A stretch of 39,642 bases of DNA, taken from an uncultured Acidimicrobiaceae bacterium (lineage in GTDB: Bacteria; Actinomycetota; Acidimicrobiia; Spongiisociales; ZC4RG35). The stretch lies in contig CAZRID010000001.1 of NCBI GenBank assembly GCA_964600055.1, forward strand, positions 1 through 39,642. Reading direction: 5' to 3'. The notes under the pieces are model-generated. The model did not search any database, was not told the DNA's origin, and worked only from the letters and a program-made list of their open reading frames with translations. Shown piece by piece: positions 39,630 through 39,642 of this stretch (positions within the stretch are counted from its first letter, which is position 1; each line of letters starts with the position of its first letter). A program made the position numbers and the translations under genes.

Positions 39630-39642
39630 CAAGAGGTCGTGA

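Larger units (their letters stand above)
1..39642. mobile_element. Temperate siphovirus-type phage/prophage genome (HK97-like head module)
   Basis: Ordered modules are present for integration, lysis, tail, head-tail joining, head, packaging, replication/early genes and an immunity switch. The size is typical of a phage genome. Confidence 0.9.

Noticed and set aside
1-39642. Diversity-generating retroelement, retron, restriction-modification or other known defence systems
   Set aside because: I found no reverse transcriptase, methyltransferase, or large ATPase/helicase or nuclease-ATPase gene in any frame. Only the Imm-like gene and the unrecognised moron remain as defence candidates.

Overview
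The window reads as one nearly complete temperate siphovirus-type phage or prophage genome with an HK97-like head module, in a high-GC, actinobacterial coding style. Almost all genes are on the minus strand and most are translationally coupled through ATGA, GTGA or TGATG overlaps. I used these overlaps to trim the inflated N-termini in the ORF track. Right to left the order is: a cro-like/XRE switch, early membrane and secreted proteins, a ParB-like protein, a replication initiator with an internal palindrome array, VRR-NUC, small zinc-ribbon proteins, an Ntn-hydrolase-like protein, a lower-GC moron next to an IS1595 transposase remnant, HNH, TerS, TerL, portal, protease, capsid, an unusual four-gene insert, head-tail joining genes, major tail, G/G-T chaperones, tape measure, Dit, Tal, fibre and the lysis cassette. 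The only plus-strand features are an XRE repressor plus tRNA-Asn at the right end and an integrase plus Imm-like exclusion protein at the left end. This suggests a lysogeny module split by the window ends. The signals I rate highest are four. First, a 15-nt parS-like palindrome, GTTTCCG(C/G)CGGAAAC, occurs five times exactly at dispersed positions in a genome that encodes an orphan ParB-like protein. Second, two beta-helix proteins with Tat/Sec signal peptides and a repeat-array protein sit inside the late structural operon. Third, a lambda-ori-like palindrome array lies inside the initiator gene. Fourth, the moron has a duplicated 25-nt leader. All domain calls come from motif recognition by eye; no database search or folding was run.
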